Source: Adineta vaga
Lineage: Eukaryota; Animalia; Rotifera
Assembly (NCBI GenBank): GCA_021613535.1
Contig: CP075495.1
Span: 8,928,001-8,992,000 of the forward strand
Direction of reading: 5' to 3'
Length of the DNA stretch: 64,000 nucleotides
Shown: piece after piece, positions 40,323 through 53,756 of the stretch
Numbering within the stretch: the first letter of the stretch is position 1
How the letters are laid out: each line of letters opens with the position of its first letter
Translations under genes and position numbers: made by a program
Notes under the pieces: generated by a model
What the model was told of the DNA's origin: nothing
Seen by the model: the letters and a program-made list of their open reading frames with translations, nothing else
Database searches by the model: none

Positions 40323-43300
40323 TCACATTGCTATATTTCGTTGTATTGGTGGAATAGTTGATTGCCATCGGAATTGTTCGAGATGTCTTTTTTCATGAGA
40401 CCAATAACCAAATTTCTTTTGTTCAAGATAAGCCGTCATAGCACGTTTCTTTTGATTGTATTCTTTGGCTGTTTGTTTAAGATTATAATAACTTGAGTCA
40501 GATGTTATTGGTTGAAGTTTTAATCGTTGACATACAAGACGATATTCACTTAAAAGAACAACTTTTGATATTAAACTTGTACCTCTAGAAAAATACGAAA
40601 GCAATTCATATTTATGATTAATTTTAAATTTTATTTTGATTCCTACCCCGTTACAGGTCGACCAGTACGTGCATCAATAATTTCACCTTGAAAGGAAGTT
40701 GACCATGCATAACTATAATCACAGTCATACTCTTGCGGTTGAACAAGTGGATATTTAACACGACCTAACGTATATGTATATTGAAAATTCAGAAAGAAAA
40801 TTTTCATCTTACCAATCATAGGATGATGTACTCGTACGGGATCAGTTGCTTTTTCTAATCGACAACATACAGCTCGTGATGTATGTGATTGTTTAAAACC
40901 GCTGACTATTGAAATAAAAAGCATAACATTTCAATATAATGAAAGTTAAAGAATTTATACGAAATGTAATTGAAGCAAGTTTAATTGGCTCGATGAGATT
41001 CGAAAGAAGAGCACCTTGAACGCCAAGAACATTCCATTTGAGAATTTTATCACTACATGACATAATAGCAAAACGTTGAAGAGCTAAAAAGTGAAATAGA
41101 ATGAAATTCTTTTCCTTATTAGATTAATTGAACTTACGTTCAGCATCAATTGTTTCCATACCAACTGATAGTTTATATCTTAAATGACCATGTTCCGGAT
41201 GTTCATAAATTGGTGCATGACCAGCTGCTCGCATTTGTACAAGATCATAAGGAGCCATCGGTCCTAAATGAAAGATCATCCGTATACATGATATTATCTT
41301 GGAAAATCGAATTAGTACATACCATCACAATCAGCTGGTAGAAATTCTCGTCCATCACCAGCAGGTGCTCCAGAAATCAATAAATGAATGGATACATGAT
41401 TTTTTAATTGAGTTTTAGTTGAATCTCTTTCACTAGATTCTAAAATGGATCGAATGGCACTACCATTTGCATAATTAATTAATTCTCCATATAAATATCT
41501 ATAGTTAACAGTAAAGAATTCTTTCAAAAATGTGAAATTTTTCGAAATGAGCATTTAGTAATATTGATTAACTTCCGAAACTTACTGGAGAAATGCTCGT
41601 CTTGCAAGAGCTAAAGCATGACAATCAAGTAATGATTCACCCATTTCACTAACATTATCCGGTTCTGGACATCGACTACCAATACCAAATGCGACAACAC
41701 GACCAGCATCACGTTGTGCTAGATTATAGGATTAAAGTATTACTTCATCTGTTTAGGAAAACATTACACTTTTTCGTAAAACTTACTCTTTTTTACAACA
41801 AAAGCTGCATAAAACCGATTATGAATTGTATCAAACATGGATGAATGATCATTTGCTCGATTATGTTTAATAAAATCAGCTACTGTATTTGATATTTCTT
41901 CATATTCAGTCAATGCTACCATTGGTTTACTTGTAATAATCTAACAAACAAAAGAAAGACACACATTGAAATTTCTTTTATCTCATATTTACATGTGATG
42001 GTTGTTTTTTCATAAGTGCTTCTAATGCTCGTTGTGCAGCTCGTCGTCTTGCATCTATTGCTGTATAAGCATACACATCCGATATTTTCGTATCTTCATT
42101 ATCCAAAATTACCCATGAACGATATCTAAATAAATCCCAAAACTGAATCCTTGAAAGAAAGAAAACAACTCTATAGATTACAATTTTCTCTGATCAGGAT
42201 TCTTTGGATCAGGTTCACAAACATCAGTTTTAATATCAATTGGTAACATATTTGCCTTACAATATTCTTGTAAATTTGTAATTGGATTTTCAATTTGTGA
42301 TGTTAAACCTGTGTTGACACCAAAACTACTTATTGGTGTACTTGTTGAATATTGATTCATTGATGAAGGCGGTCGTCCAGATAAGACTGATTCTCGACCA
42401 CATTGTCATAGGTAATTCATTATTATTATTACTATTATTCACAAGTGGATATGGATTATTGAAAGTTGATGCTCGTGATAATGCACGATCAGTATTGGCT
42501 CGTTGTAAAGCATGTGCAACACCTTTGGATTTCAATAGTTCAAGATCACTAAATAGATAAAAGTGATGCTTTGTTCTTCTGAAAAATAAAATGATCTATT
42601 TACGTAGCTAAAGCATTTAGCTTTTGTGTCAATTCTTCAACATTAGCAGATGTATATAGATGTTCTGGATTATTAGATCCATTTTCAACAATTTTATGAC
42701 CGTGACGATCAATTTTTACATCAGACATTCCTTAAGAGATGAATTTCTTAAATATCAACGATGTTGGAAGATTAAAAAATATTTACCTGCAAATTTTGTA
42801 TCAAACGCTTCTTCATCAAGATCAAGTAGAGCAGCGAATGCTCGTCGTGCACCTGCAATTTTTGCTTCTTTTTTACTTCTTCCGGTACCCTATCAAACAA
42901 GAATTCTCTCAATAACATATAAATCAAATTGCTATTTGAAATACTTGAGGAAATTGTACATCATCGATAGTTGCATAATTTGCATAGCGATATCCTGAAC
43001 CTGTTTCTGTATATACAATCGTTTTCTTAGTCATAGAACAGTATTCATTGAGACATTGTACAGGATTCTTTTTTCCACGTAATAAATCTTCGATGATATC
43101 TTGTCCGATACGTTTTATTTGACCGCCGATACGAGAATTGGACCGTATTCTAATGGGAAAAATAGAAAGAGAGGTAATAGTAAAAAAAGTTCATAGTATA
43201 GAAGAAAATATTCTTACGAAGCTTGATCTTGGAATGATTCTGCATAGGAAGGTCCAGCTGGCAAGCGCTGCACGGCAAATGTGAAGCGATTGTCAACCAT
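40323..43300 (-). CDS. ADAD: ADAD-like protein: two dsRNA-binding motifs plus a catalytically degenerate ADAR-type deaminase domain, multi-exon
   Basis: dsRBM1 [25 protein letters not shown]. dsRBM2 [19 protein letters not shown]. Deaminase domain [28 protein letters not shown] and [21 protein letters not shown]. Confidence 0.85.
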
Positions 43301-44415
43301 TGAAATAAAAAAGAAATCTAAAACTAAGCTAGACTTGTTTTTAATAATATGACATCAATAGAAAAATGTAAAAATATTGATCTTTGTTAGTGAATGTACA
43401 TGATCTTATATTTTAAATGATATCATGTCGATAGTTTTGAGTTTTCATTGATATTCTCGTTGATTATCGAAGGGAAAACACGTTAGATATTTATTTCAAT
43501 AGAATTGACTTTTTGCATTTGCTCGCTGATATTAGCATATTCCTATTAGAGCTTGTGCCAGGAGGCTTCAGTGTATTGCAGAATATGCTAATCATACATA
43601 ACATAGACAAGTTCAAAGAATAACTATTAAGCTGAACGTTTGTTGTAGATTTTCAGAAACATTCTTTTTAGTCATCATCAGTACCTGATACTCAACTATC
43701 AACTTACTATTGAATACATACACTTTCAGAAGAACAAACTTCAAAACAGGTCTGTCTTTTTTTTCTGTATATCTCTTGATCTCAAAATTTTGTTAGTTAT
43801 TTATGATTAGCATGCGATCTAATATACTGAGTTAGCGATTACTTTCGAAAATGAAAAACATTGAATTGACGTGCATTTGAATTCGTTAATATAAACTTAT
43901 TGGATTGAATAACAAATCCTTGAAAACAAGTGACATTCATTGTTTCAATAAGATTTTTAAAAAGCTGTTGTAAAGTGGTCTATATCAAACCTTTAAACTG
44001 TTCATATAAATGAAATGAAATTGGAAAAAAAACGAAGATTTTCTAACTATTATTCGTTCAAAATCGATAAGATTATTGGTTAGAAAATAAATCGTTTCTC
44101 TGCTCTCGAAATTATTACCCGTTCCACATCATTTCGTTGAAAACTATGGATCGATAGGTAATTAACGCCCTCTATCATCACACATTTATCAACAAGATGA
44201 ATAATTCATGTTCATTTTCCGAGAATACAGTTATACAAACATGAAAATTTCCTTTGTTTTTTCCAAATTTTTTATTTTTTCATATAAAAATAATCATGTC
44301 AGATAGAAACCAATAAGAAATTAAGTCCTACGCATCAAACCCACGTTAGTGTTAACAAATACATAAACTATCTAAATTTAATATAGTTAGCTACACAAGT
44401 AATCATTAAATTAAG

Positions 44416-46002
44416 ATGAATTTGGTTACGCCAAGACAACGGCAGGAATGGTTAAGTCGTGCTGAAGATTACGCTGATATTGTAAAGAGAAAATTTCTTA
44501 AATTTATACAAAATATTTCTTCAATTGCTTTTGTTCTCTTTCTATAAATAGTTTCTTAATCGTACGAAATATATCTTACCACATGTAGCAAGATTTTGTT
44601 TAGTATCAACATTTATTGAAGATGGTATTCGAATGTGGATGCAATGGGGCGATCAACGAGATTATATTATGAAAAGTTGGAATGTGGGATGGTTCTTAGG
44701 AACATTGTTTGTCATTACAAATTTATTGGGTCAACTGATTCCATGTGGAATGATTTTAGCGAGAAGAAAAACTGATATTGCATGTGCAGTTCTAGTTTTT
44801 ATTATTGCTTTTCAAGTAAGTTTTCTTTATTAACTTTTCAATCAAACAGAAAATCCTATGAAATATTTGATGTGTCTATTACAAAAAATGAATTGAGTCG
44901 ATTTAGAGTAGAAGAATCTTTAGCTGTTATCTACTTGTCAACATTACCTTCATTTCTGATTACTATTGAAAGAATACTTAACAACGTCAATATTCTGACG
45001 GTGAGAGAAAAAAGGAAATTATATGTAATGGAAAAAATATTTCGCTTGAAAAGTTTCAATTATTCATAATAATAACGATATAAACAATTCGATTGCTAGG
45101 CACATCTTCGTTTATGTATGAGTTTTTATCGAGTTTTAACCTGAAAAACAGAGATCAATCATTCTTTGATTCTTTTTCATAAACAAAAGTACACTATGAG
45201 AGTTATTACTAAACAATCATTCCTTAGCTTAATTCATCTTTCTTTTTTTATAAGGAATGAGAATGCTTTCGATACAAAACATTTTCTTTGCTTGTATTTT
45301 TATAGTCAATTGCCTATCGAATTATAATGGAACCTCGCTTCTTATTTAGGTAATACATTTTATATTCTAATTCTTCTTTATTTTAGACACTTGCTTATCA
45401 AACTTTATGGAGCTTCCGTACTTTACTAAAGTGAGAATTATCATGTAGAGAAGAGATCATTAAAATTGCTGCTAAAACTAGTTCTAATTATTTTCGAAGA
45501 AAGAAAAAGATTTCCATCAATTTTATCTTTTCTTCTCTCTTTACTTAGATCATGTTCATTAGTTGGCGGTTTATTATTATTAATGGTCGAAAATCGTAAA
45601 GAAGCACGTACTTTATTTGCTGGCGTACCGACAATGCATAATAATGCTCCGAAGAATTACATGCAATTCGCTGGTCGAATCTTATTAGTAATTATGTTCT
45701 TAACCATAGTTCGTTATGAATTATCATTTACATCTGTAATTCAAAATTTAATTGGTGGAATATGTATGTTATTTGTTGCTGTCGGTTTTAAAACAAAATT
45801 ATCCGCTCTATTTATGGTAGTATATTTAACATTTGTGAATTTCTATTCAAATTCGTTTTGGCTCGTACCGAATCATCGTGCATTGCATGATTTTTTGAAA
45901 TATGATTTTTTTCAAACAATGTCCGTTATTGGTGGATTACTTTATGTTGTTGCACTTGGTCCAGGTGGTGTATCAGTCGATGCACGAAAGAAAGAATGGT
46001 AA
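44416..46002 (+). CDS. SURF4: Surfeit locus protein 4 (Erv29) ER cargo receptor, multi-exon with a duplicated internal exon
   Basis: Contains [53 protein letters not shown] and [14 protein letters not shown] (KKXX retrieval signal). Confidence 0.96.
45306..45430 (+). other. Tandem pair of 44-nt putatively mutually exclusive exons in SURF4 (45306-45349 and 45387-45430)
   Basis: Both are AG/GT flanked, 44 nt long, phase 0 in and phase 2 out. They encode [15 protein letters not shown] and [15 protein letters not shown], both aligning to the SURF4 segment TIAYSILWDLKFLMR. Confidence 0.88.
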
Positions 46003-46373
46003 ATTCAAATACATAGATCAAAGAAATACATAACTTATCTACATTCTTATTCAAAATTTTATGTTATTCATTTTCAAATTAATAACAGTACATATAATTT
46101 TTTTCTAATTTTTGTTGTGCACTCATTTCTTTTGTGTGTATCGTCCATTTTGTTGTTGTTATTATTATTATTATTATTATTTTATCTTTTTATTCTGAAA
46201 TCAAGCTTATTTATAACCTATTTAAAAGTAAAAGAACAAAATAAATATCGTCTCTAGTGAATTTTGAAATCTTTTTCTTTTTCTTTCTGAATTATCAGAG
46301 AAGAACAAACAAAAAATCAAAATTGAAAATTGTACAAGTCTTTTGTTCTATTACTGTAGATATATTGTTATCA

Positions 46374-47235
46374 ATGGAGAACACATCGAATTTAAATGAT
46401 TTGGTATGATTATTAATTAATTTATAGAGAAAGAAAATTTGTCAGATCATACGACAGATTCTTTTATTCGAACTTTTTAATGTTGTTTTCATCACATTTT
46501 GAAGTCAATATCTTTTCTCGTTTACAAATTTGATTTGTATACATTATCTAGGATTTGGATAACAAACAAGGAGCAAGTGCACCACTTCCATCAGCATCTG
46601 CTGAAGATTATATCAATGATGTAAACTAGCAATTTGAATATGAACTTAATCATTCATTTCTTCTTTATTTAGCCTATACTTGAAGAACAATGGGCAATGA
46701 AAGCTTTTCAACATGCCGAAACCTATTTCAATGTATGAACTATGAAATCGATTGAATTACAATTCTTCTTTGTATTTAGTTACTTCGTTCACTTGATCCA
46801 ACAAGTTTACGATTAACTCCTCATGATGATCAAATCTATACTCGTTTTCGTCAAGTCTTTCCAGATTTAAAAATTGATCATCTCGACGAAGATCATATCA
46901 AATCAGTCGAAGGCAAACAAGTAAAATTTCAGAAAAGCTTTTATTTCATCAACTGATTGTTTTCTTCGATTTTTTAAGCAATGGAGATCATTCTGTGAAG
47001 AATTTCGAGAATTAATCGATGATTACAGTTATGGTACATTGGTTCGAACTGATGCTAAAGGAGAATATACCAGTGAAAATACAATTCTTGGTAAAAATTT
47101 TGCTGAACAAGTTTTGATTTGAAGAGAAAATTCTTGTTTTTAGTGGTGCGAATTCAATTCTATGCAATTGAAATTGCTCGAAATCGCGAAGGATCCAATG
47201 AATCAATTCGACGTGATTTTGGTTCAAAAAAATAG
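46374..47235 (+). CDS. PBDC1: Polysaccharide biosynthesis domain-containing protein 1, multi-exon
   Basis: Contains LEEQWAMKAFQHAETYFN, LRLTPHDDQIY, WRSFCEEF..DYSYGTLVR and RIQFYAIEIARNREG. Confidence 0.93.
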
Positions 47236-47336
47236 AGATAATTTGTTTTTTTTGTTTTTTCTTTCGAAATAAAACGAAACAATTATGGATAAGAAGAATA
47301 GATAATTATATGTTTAACTTTATGTTTCAGTTAAAT

Positions 47337-49633
47337 ATGACGAAATGGGATCCATTACACGAACGATATTTTTATTATCTTGGTAGTTTATCGTTTGATA
47401 AAGCAAAAGAACTTTTAGTATGTTTATAATTGACATATTCTGATTCATTAAATTCAATTGAATTATTTAGGATAAAGATGGTCATCGAATGAACGATGAT
47501 TTTCTTCCACATTTCCATATGTTAATACAACTCGAACGGAGTTATCATAATTTCGGGTTTGTTGTTGGACCAAAAGGAAATTTGAGTAATATTCGAAAAG
47601 ATGTTAGTAGTTTTACACTCATTTATATTAGATAGAAACGTTTTGTATTTTATTTTCAATAGAAATCTTTATGTCAGTGCTATTCCGATCTTCACATGTC
47701 TTTAATTGAAGAACAAGTAACATTTCCAAGAGAAACACATGCACTTTCTCTGATCTATTTTTTCTTCTAGGCAAATAATAAATCGAATATTCCATCGCAA
47801 ACATCCGTTGATGAAGCAAAAGAACTCAGTTATATTCAAAAATTAACAGCTGGTTTAATTACATTCCTTAGTGTTCGAACAAGTCTAATGAAATTGTATA
47901 AGATATATATTTTAATTTTCTCTGAATCCGAATCTTTTCTTTTCTTATCAGATACGAACAAATTTCTACTGCCGTCAAACGGAGTGAACATAACGTTCGT
48001 CTAGAAAATTATCTTGATGAAACTCTAACTATTTCGCAACTAGACATGTCTTCATTAAATATTCCAGTTCTTCAGTCTCTTCGTCGATTATTGAAGTAAA
48101 AACAATGAATTTATGAAAAAATATAAATGAATTTTGCTAGGCATGAAATCGATTGTTTATTATTATTAATTCAATCTTATGTTTTTATATGTGAATATCA
48201 ATACATGGATGGTATATCAACATTACATCATATGCATTGTGTATTGAAAGAATGGAATGATAATATTGAAAATCAACAAAATACAAATCATCGTTTTACA
48301 TTGTCAAGTACAAGTCCATTGAGTTTTTTCAAAACAACGACTAAACCAGCACTCTATACATTTTATTTTAAATTTCATGAATTATTAGTCGCCAAAGTAA
48401 AAATCTATTTCTTATTGATTAAAACAAAATCAATTTCGTTTTAGTTTACACTTTATTTCACGGATATTCTATTAGAATATGGTGGACCAGAAGCGAAAAC
48501 ACCGATAAGTAAAACAAATTCGGAAATTTCTGCGCGTATTGCACATTTTTATCGACGTTCGAATGTTGAATGGATAACATTAATTTTAAATACGAAAAAA
48601 GAACCAAGTTCTTCAAATCAATTAAAAACAGATAATACAACAACGAGTGAAAATGATAATTCTTATCAGATTATCTTTGGTTATCCTTCGAAATTGAATG
48701 CAGTTCGTAAAATTGCGTTGTTTAATTTCAAATAAATGTTTTCATCTTGTGTCTAGACAGACGATATTGCTCAACAAATTCTTAAAAAAGTTGCGATCAA
48801 TGTTGAAACACTTGTCAGTGGAGAAAAAATGTTTTATCATGGTGATGCGGTATGTACTCATCTGTTTTTTCTCAACTAAATCAAATATATCCGGTATCTG
48901 AGTATTCATTTCCTGTTCCTGACTTAAACGAGTAGATAATTTCTGCCATAAATAAATATGTCAGGTTTTCTTTAAAAAACATCTGTAAGAATAGTTTACT
49001 AAATTGACAACTATTTTCTGGACATGACATATTGTTAAAAGATTGCAATCAATCTTCCTGTTGACGTATAGTACAAAACGATTTTTTATGCATATATTTG
49101 TAGTCAACTTTCATTGTATACCAAACTCGTTCAAACGTTCGTTCAAACGAACTTTTTTTTTGTATATCATTATGACACAACTAGTCGAGTGAATAGAGGT
49201 TAATTGATATAAAAAGAACGAAAAAGAAATAAATTTTCGTACAGGTTAATTCACCCTCAAAACTTCATTTGAATCTGCATAATCGACAATCAAATCTAAT
49301 TGCTTATATATATTTTTTATCTATCTCTATCGATCTTCGTATGAATAAGCGTCCTTGAAATCGTCGAAGACGAAAAAGAAAAACAATCGATTGATATCAA
49401 ATTGATAATAGTCATTGAGAGGAAAAAATAGACTAGTTAATTTTTTATATCTGTTCTAGAATCAATTGAAAACATATTTCCTACAAAATATTGATCCACG
49501 AATAACTCTTGCATTTGTTTTTGCATCTCATCGTCAAGAACGTGATACAACGATAACAACTTTTCTTAATGAATTACTCGGTATATTACGTGGTATACGT
49601 CAATTGATTTATTTCAAAAATGCGGCGAAATAA
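47337..49633 (+). CDS. KICS2: KICSTOR subunit 2 (C12orf66)-like protein, multi-exon
   Basis: N-terminal YFYYLGSLSFDKAKELL, LERSYH, LLVAKFTLYFH and C-terminal TYFLQNIDPRITLAFVF..ERDTTITTFLNEL all resemble C12orf66. Confidence 0.72.
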
Positions 49634-49766
49634 ATGAAACTAGTTGATTTGTAAATTGTTTTTTTCTCTTACTTTATTTTATACCTACAATTTGCACATA
49701 TACACATACACAGAAGAGATGCAAGAATTGAGCAAAGCAACAAAAAAGAAAAACGAAACAATAAGA

Positions 49767-51496
49767 TTAATTAGGAATGAGAAGAAAAGGCAGATAGAAT
49801 TGATTTTTTTGCATGAGTAAATCAGTTAAATGATTTATTTGTTCACGAATATGTAAAAGTCCATTGTAACGATGTGGTTGACTACCGGCAAATGTTTCAT
49901 TCTCATATTGTTGTAAATGTTTCTGATAGATTTGTTCAAATTCAATTAAATCATTCTGATCCATCATTTGATTTGTTTGATCTAAAATAATAAAACAATA
50001 TGATTAATAGAAATATCAAAACAACTTCTTGTTTCTTACCATATTGCATAACAAGTAAAATAGATAGTAATGAAAATTCTGTATGTGTTAATTGCAAAGT
50101 AATCAATTGCATTAAAAACTTGAAGAATTCTTCTAGAATTCCATGTGAATGTGATGAGTAATAATTCGTTTGTTGATATTCAATTAAACGTTGTAAACAT
50201 GTGTGATATGAAACCAAAGTTCCATGACTATATTTTGTAGTTAAAAAATAACAAATGATTAAAAGAATATATCTTGACCAGTAATGATTTAATATATAAT
50301 GATTTAAATTCTTATCTAATAGAGAATAGAATGGTAATGCACGATACCATGTTATAAATGAATCGATTAATAAATGTGATGTTTTTTTAATCATATCATC
50401 TGTCAATGGTACTTCACAATGAAGAAGAGGTTTTAAATGATCAAATAATGTATCAAATGTTGATAATTGAGTGAAATAATGTGAATGATTCGTATTAGAT
50501 TTAATTGATAATGATTGATTTAGTTTATTTTCAATATTTGCTTTAAGTTCAACATCAGACAAAATTATTTGTTGATATTTCAAGATTTTTGAAGATAAAA
50601 TACTTTGTTCAGGTTGATGTTCACGATGTGTTGTTTCTTTATGATACTGAAAATAAATTCTTTTTTTATTCTTTTGTTTTTATATTCATCATTAAACTTT
50701 ACTTTATATAATTGAGCAACATTCGCAGGAGTTCGTCCACCAGGTGCTCGATCAAAACGAACAGCTGCAATAACCATACCTTTTGCTAAACATTTTGTAA
50801 AACGACAATATTGACAACGATTTCGTTGTGATTTGTCAATTATACATGAACCATTTCCAATACAACGATATTTTTTCTTATTTTGAACTGTTCGTTTAAA
50901 AAATCCTATACGAAGACAAGAATGAATCATCTCGTGTTTTTGAAAAACAATTTTTCTAAATAAATTACATACCTTTACAACCTTCACATGTGGCCAAACC
51001 ATAATGAATACCTGTAGCACGGTCATGGCAAACACCACATTGCATATATGGTCGTTTTTGATCACGCACTAATGACCTTTGATGATCCAAAGAATAATAA
51101 TCTTGTTCATTCTGAAAAGAATTCTTTCTAGTTTAGTTAAAGTTTAATATAATTACTTACTTGTTGTTGATTTTGATTCAATGATTGGACAATTTCGTTT
51201 TCTTTTCTTTGAAGTTCATCAATATCTGGTGTTAACAAAGTTTGTTGACGCTTTTGATGCATCCATTTTGGTGCATGTGAATGATAATAGTTTTCAAAAT
51301 GCGGATCAACATCAAGTTCAGGCGTTGTTGATTCTGATGTCCAGTCATCGGAATTTGCAAGATCCATTTGATCATCATTTTCTTGTATAGATTGAGTTGT
51401 TCGATGATGTTTAAGTTTGAATTTTTTGAATAAATCATCTTCACAATTTGGTGATGTTGTCGATGAAACAGGTGATGATGATCGCGACGACGACAT
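49767..51496 (-). CDS. HR4: Nuclear receptor of the NR6A (HR4/GCNF) group, multi-exon
   Basis: C4 zinc fingers [45 protein letters not shown]4-type extension [14 protein letters not shown]. Ligand-binding domain ends FYLPFLL. Confidence 0.82.
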
Positions 51497-53756
51497 AACC
51501 TTGATAGTTCTGGTTTTCTCTAAAAAAATATTTTTAATATGAAGATAATCGTTTGAAAATGTATAGGTATATGTATATATGTAGGAAAGAAAATTAATAA
51601 TATAGTTAGAATAGAGAGTGAATCAAATCGTGGGCAGTTTGATGCAAATCAGTTACATTCACTCACAAGGTCAACTAGTTATAGATAAACAAGTACCGTT
51701 TTCGTATGCTGATAAATGTAGTAACAATGTATTAAAAGGTAGCATACGTTTAGGTTTTGTCTGTTCTGTGTCTGGCAAGAATGACAGGCAGGTAGCTATA
51801 TATATATATGTTGTGGTACGCTCATTGCTTTTTCTTTCCATTTGGAAAGACGTTAGGTTATTTTATTTCAGAGGTCGAGAAAAACTAGATAAAAATATGT
51901 CATGAAGAAAGAAAGAAAAAAAATATATATTACACGTGCATTCATTAGACATTATTTTTTTGTCGCATGAGACGCCTGAAAAAGATTCTCATTACTTATA
52001 TGAGTACATTTTAATAAGGAGCAGAGCAATCTTGTTGAAAAAAAACATAAGGTTTAAAGAAAGGAACTCTAAACATTTGAAAAGCTATTAGGTAATAGGG
52101 AAGAAAAACATTCGTCAAGTGAAAGAAAAACAACTATCATTGTGTAAACGTTTGTGTCACTCGGGGTGATTATTGACATTGATATACCACCGCTTCACAG
52201 GATATAAAAGATTATAAATAATTTTATTAAACAAAATCTACTTTGCTACTATAATTAAGTCATTTCTTTCAAACTAAATGTATCTACTTGGAAAATATAT
52301 TGAGAAATATGGAATGCTATCGGCAACAAATAAAATTATTTTCTTCGGTACATATAATATGTCATACTACCATGCTCCGCTGTTTTTTTTTTCATTAAAA
52401 TGATGTTTTCAGTCGAGTATCATCATTACTAATATGAATTCTCGTATAGCATAACTTAGCAATGCCAAAGCTTTTCTTTACAAGAATCTCACTCAAGAAT
52501 AATATGTAAAAAAAAGCATCACGCTCTTATTCTCTTTCTCGTTGATATTCTTCGATGACAATCGAAAAAACATTACTAAGAATAGAAATAGAGTTCTGTC
52601 GACTTATATCGCAAGAGTACAAGACTTATTTTACTTATATTGATGAACAACAATGATGACATCTATGATCGTCTTTCAAGAACAAGAAAGGTCACTATGA
52701 CTGTGACCGATTAGAAAGAAGTTTGAATTTTGATTCTATTGTATAACACTTTTTCAGAGCATAAATACAGAAAAGAGTTTCAATTGAATCACCGATATGT
52801 TTTTAAAGTGTATGACTGAGAATCTTCATAAATGACATTAGTTTCGACGATAACAACTATACTCGAGGATCCATGATGTTCTTAGAATAAGAATATCATT
52901 TTCTTATATGTTATTTCTAATTTCAATATATCTTCAAATTGCTCTAGGAGTATCCGTGTATGTTCTCATCTGAATTAAAATCTAACATACGGAACAATAT
53001 TAGAAATAGTATAGTTTGATACAACAAACAATAATGAAAATTATTTATAAGGAATTTTTGAACAAATAATTCAGCATCTGTTTGAATGCGCCATTGCATT
53101 GTATATTAATCCAATGGTATTTATGCTAAATATAATTTGACAAGTTAATCATCGTAAATCTGAAACGTGAAAATATTTAATCTGATTTCAAAGTGTTAAA
53201 AAAGGTCAATATGAACGTGAAAAACAATCAATAGGAGTGTTTCGACTTTATCGGAACATCAAATGCTTTACAAAACTTGATCATGATTTTTGAATTTATT
53301 GAAGCATAGAATATCATCGGTACTTAATCGTTCATCATACATCTTTGTGATAATTTGAAAGAATACGTATGACATCTAAACCAACGAATGTACTCTTTAA
53401 TAGCATCGAAGATTTATCTTACGCATTATTGAAGTTGAATCTTGAAACAAAGTGTTAGAATGGCATTCATGTCAATATGAGCAAGATATCTAATGAAAGC
53501 TATATGAAATATACTTCCTATTCAACAACAACAACAGACTCCTACAAAATGAATTATACTTCGTCTAACTGATTATATTCGTTGGAGTAGAAGAATATTT
53601 ATAATAAACTTTCATTTTTCCATAAAATTGATATTTACTAATTTTTATATGTTTTTATTTATTAAAATTGTTAGAAGGCAGAAAGGTGATAAGGGATATT
53701 TATTTTAGTTCATAGATTTTGATTAATAAAAATACAAAACAAGCACGAAAACAGAT

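Noticed and set aside
49126-49185. Short repeat/hairpin (GTTCGTT-CA-AACGAAC) followed by a T-run and CTAG in a KICS2 intron, resembling a terminator or Helitron end
   Set aside because: The loop is only 2 nt, CTAG is about 28 nt away, and I saw no 5' end or second copy in the window.
15993-49633. Apparent lysosome/TORC1 theme (NPC1, AP-3 mu, CREBL2/REPTOR-BP, KICS2)
   Set aside because: The genes are interspersed with unrelated ones over 34 kb, so chance co-location is sufficient.
52900-53600. Short open frames between HR4 and RIBC that could be a gene relic
   Set aside because: No recognisable homology or consistent splice chain.
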